In this document: positions 27,137-29,462 of the stretch, piece after piece | How positions within the stretch are numbered: the stretch's first letter is position 1 | How the letters are laid out: every line of letters begins with the position of its first letter | From: Pedosphaera sp. | GTDB taxonomy: Bacteria > Verrucomicrobiota > Verrucomicrobiia > Limisphaerales > SIBH01 | Assembly (NCBI GenBank): GCA_031411375.1 | Contig: JANOAY010000173.1 | Location: 1-29,462, forward strand | Reading direction: 5' to 3' | DNA length: 29,462 nucleotides | The notes under the pieces: generated by a model | Seen by the model: only the letters and a program-made list of their open reading frames with translations | Database searches by the model: none | Told to the model about the DNA's origin: nothing | Made by a program: the position numbers and the translations under genes

Positions 27137-28545
27137 AGATGAGAAGTTACTTTGCACTCGTGATGCCTCTCTTGCTGGCGTTGACAGCCCCCGCCGCCGA
27201 GCGCCCGAACATTCTCTTCATCCTCGCTGATGATCTGGGCTCCTACGATGTGGGCTGGCGTGGGAGCGACATCAAGACCCCGCACCTCGATCAACTCGCC
27301 CACGGAGGAGCCCGGCTGGAGCAGTTCTATGTGCAACCGGTCTGCTCGCCGACGCGCGCGGCGTTGCTGACGGGTCGTTATCCGATGCGGCACGGCTTGC
27401 AGACCGGCGTGGTGCGCCCATGGGCGCAGTACGGTTTGCCGCTGGAGGAACGCACGCTGCCGCAGGCGCTGAAGGAAGCAGGCTACACGACGGGCCTCTT
27501 CGGCAAGTGGCACCTCGGTCACTTTGCGCCGGAGTATTTGCCCACGCGGCGTGGGTTTGATCGGCAATACGGCCACTACAACGGCGCGCTCCACTACTTC
27601 GAGCACACGCGCGACGGCGGCTTCGACTGGCATCGGGACGACAAGGTGAACCGCGACGAGGGCTACAGCACTTTTCTCGTGGCGGACGAGGCCGCAAATT
27701 TCATTCGCGAGCACGACGGCACGAAACCGTTTTTCGTTTACGTACCGTTCAACGCCGTTCACGCGCCGCTCCAGGTGCCGGAGAAGTACAAGGAGCCTTA
27801 CGCCGCCATGCAGGGCAACCGCGGCACTTACGCCGCCATGACCACGGCGATGGATGAAGCCATTGGCCGCATCATCGCCGCCATCGCCGCGCGTGGCTGG
27901 CGGACGAACACACTGATCATTTTCTCCAGCGACAACGGCGGGCCGAATCCGGGCCGGCTCACGAGCAACGGTTCGTTGCGTGCCGGCAAGGGCACCATTT
28001 ACGAAGGCGGCGTTAAGACGTGCGCCTTCGCGAACTGGCCGGGCCAGATCAAATCCAATTCCGTCGTGAACGCGCCGCTGCACATCGCCGACTGGTATCC
28101 CACGCTGCTCAAGCTCGCCGGCGCGAAGCTTGAACAGAAGCTGCCGCTGGATGGCCGTGACGCGTGGGCCGCGATCACCCAAGGCGGACCTTCGCCGCAC
28201 GAAACGATTCTCATCAACGCCGCGCCGCAGAAGGGCGCGCTGCGGATGGGCGATTGGAAGCTGGTGGTGAATGGTGGCGCGCCTGACAGCACCGACGGCG
28301 AAGATGGCGACGGTGCGCCCGCTGCGGAGAACAAGCCGGCCATCCAAGCCGCAGCGAACGGCATCGAGCTGTTCCAGCTCGCGGACGATCCAGCGGAAAA
28401 AAACAATCTCGCCGCGAAGCATCCCGACAAAGTGAAGGAACTGCGCGCCCGCTACGACGCTTTCGCGAAGCAGCAGGTTGCGCCCAAGGCGGCCGCGAAG
28501 GCGAAAGGATTCAACTCGCCAAAGGTGTGGGGCGAGAAGGACTGA
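27133..28545 (+). CDS. Secreted arylsulfatase (S1, ARSB-like)
   Basis: Signal peptide. PNILFILADDLG, canonical CSPTRAALLTGRY, GKWHLG, FSSDNGG, GKGTIYEGG. Confidence 0.94.
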   Translation: MKMRSYFALVMPLLLALTAPAAERPNILFILADDLGSYDVGWRGSDIKTPHLDQLAHGGARLEQFYVQPVCSPTRAALLTGRYPMRHGLQTGVVRPWAQYGLPLEERTLPQALKEAGYTTGLFGKWHLGHFAPEYLPTRRGFDRQYGHYNGALHYFEHTRDGGFDWHRDDKVNRDEGYSTFLVADEAANFIREHDGTKPFFVYVPFNAVHAPLQVPEKYKEPYAAMQGNRGTYAAMTTAMDEAIGRIIAAIAARGWRTNTLIIFSSDNGGPNPGRLTSNGSLRAGKGTIYEGGVKTCAFANWPGQIKSNSVVNAPLHIADWYPTLLKLAGAKLEQKLPLDGRDAWAAITQGGPSPHETILINAAPQKGALRMGDWKLVVNGGAPDSTDGEDGDGAPAAENKPAIQAAANGIELFQLADDPAEKNNLAAKHPDKVKELRARYDAFAKQQVAPKAAAKAKGFNSPKVWGEKD

Positions 28546-28554
28546 AGTTTAGGA

Positions 28555-29462
28555 ATGAAGAGTGTTCTTATCATCGGCGGCGGCGTCATCGGGCTGTCCA
28601 CCGCTTACTACTGCGCGCGGCGCGGGCATCGCGTCACGCTCGTCGATCGCAATCCTGAGCAGCGCGACGGCTGCTCCTTTGGCAACGCGGGCATGGTGGT
28701 GCCGAGTCACTTCGTGCCGCTGGCTGCGCCGGGTGCGGTGAGCACGGCGTTCAAGTGGATGTGGAATCCCGAGTCGCCGCTCTACATCAAGCCGCGCTTG
28801 AACTGGGAGCTGATGTCGTGGGGTTGGAAGTTCATGCGCGCGGCAAACGCAGGGCATGTCGAACGCAGTGCGCCATTGATTCGCGATTTGAGTTTCGCCA
28901 GCCGCGATTGCTTCGATGAACTCGCGGCGCTGCCGGATAACGACTTTGGCCTGGTGAAGAAGGGCTTGGTGATGCTCTGCAAAACCCAGCACGGCTTGGA
29001 CGATGAGGCGCGGTATGCCGCGCAGGCCAATCAGCTGGGTGTGCCTGCCGAAGTGCTGGACCGAAAAGGCGTCACGAAACTCGACCCAACCGTGACGATG
29101 GACGTCACAGGCGGCGTATATTTCCCGAAGGACTGTCACCTCTCGCCGGGCCGGTTCATGGCGGGATTGAAACGGCAGTGCGAGGCGCTGGGTGTGAAGT
29201 TTGTCTGGAACTCAGAAATTCAAGATTTCCATGTGGAGCGTGATCGCCACATCTACGGGGCATTAATTGCTGGTTCACAGGATATTTCCGCAGATGAGTT
29301 TGTTCTCTGCGGCGGCTCTTGGTCACCAATCCTCAGTCAACGACTCAGCATTTCACTGCCGATGCAAGCCGGCAAAGGCTACAGCCTCACCCTCACCAAG
29401 CCGCGCGAGTTCCCGCAGCTTTGCTCCATCCTCTCCGAGGCGCGCGTGGCGGTGACGCCGAT
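28555..29462 (+). CDS. FAD-dependent D-amino acid dehydrogenase family, probable D-hydroxyproline dehydrogenase (LhpB-like); truncated by window end
   Basis: Translated by hand: MKSVLIIGGGVIGLSTAYYCARRGHRVTLVDR...GCSFGNAGMVVPSHFVPLAAPG. Absent from the ORF track because there is no stop in the window. Confidence 0.85.
   Translation, partial: MKSVLIIGGGVIGLSTAYYCARRGHRVTLVDRNPEQRDGCSFGNAGMVVPSHFVPLAAPGAVSTAFKWMWNPESPLYIKPRLNWELMSWGWKFMRAANAGHVERSAPLIRDLSFASRDCFDELAALPDNDFGLVKKGLVMLCKTQHGLDDEARYAAQANQLGVPAEVLDRKGVTKLDPTVTMDVTGGVYFPKDCHLSPGRFMAGLKRQCEALGVKFVWNSEIQDFHVERDRHIYGALIAGSQDISADEFVLCGGSWSPILSQRLSISLPMQAGKGYSLTLTKPREFPQLCSILSEARVAVTP

Overview
A GC-rich (by eye about 65%) bacterial window, most likely from Verrucomicrobiota (Pedosphaerales/Limisphaerales-like). 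This is inferred from the prepilin/H-X9-DG-type protein, the CotH-lamin tail protein, Thr-Asn-rich secreted proteins and the REP types. Left half, mostly minus strand: pgi, tatD, a large secreted PQQ-type sugar dehydrogenase/diheme cytochrome c fusion, a stand-alone CBM48-like protein (+), an apparent operon (phosphodiester glycosidase, prepilin-like protein, CotH kinase) under a Pho-box-like promoter, a LysR and a PAS-AraC regulator. Right half, mostly plus strand: a 4-hydroxyproline catabolic set (DapA-like Pyr4H2C deaminase, Hyp 2-epimerase, D-amino-acid-dehydrogenase-type D-Hyp dehydrogenase cut by the window end). It is interleaved with an S9 peptidase carrying a von Hippel-Lindau (VHL)-like domain, a GH39, a zinc peptidase-cyclophilin fusion, two sulfatases, an unknown secreted protein, OsmC, GNAT, a dual-specificity phosphatase, a DUF3368/UPF0175 toxin-antitoxin-like pair and a REP-flanked Y1 transposase (REPtron). 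Best candidate for an undescribed system: a hydroxyproline-rich protein/glycoprotein degradation locus whose peptidase carries a VHL-like domain retaining the residues that bind hydroxyproline in human VHL. Several REP/REPIN classes and short-period (7/8/9-mer) repeat arrays are present, some translated as parts of genes. No rRNA, tRNA or CRISPR array was seen. All family calls are by motif recognition, without database searches.
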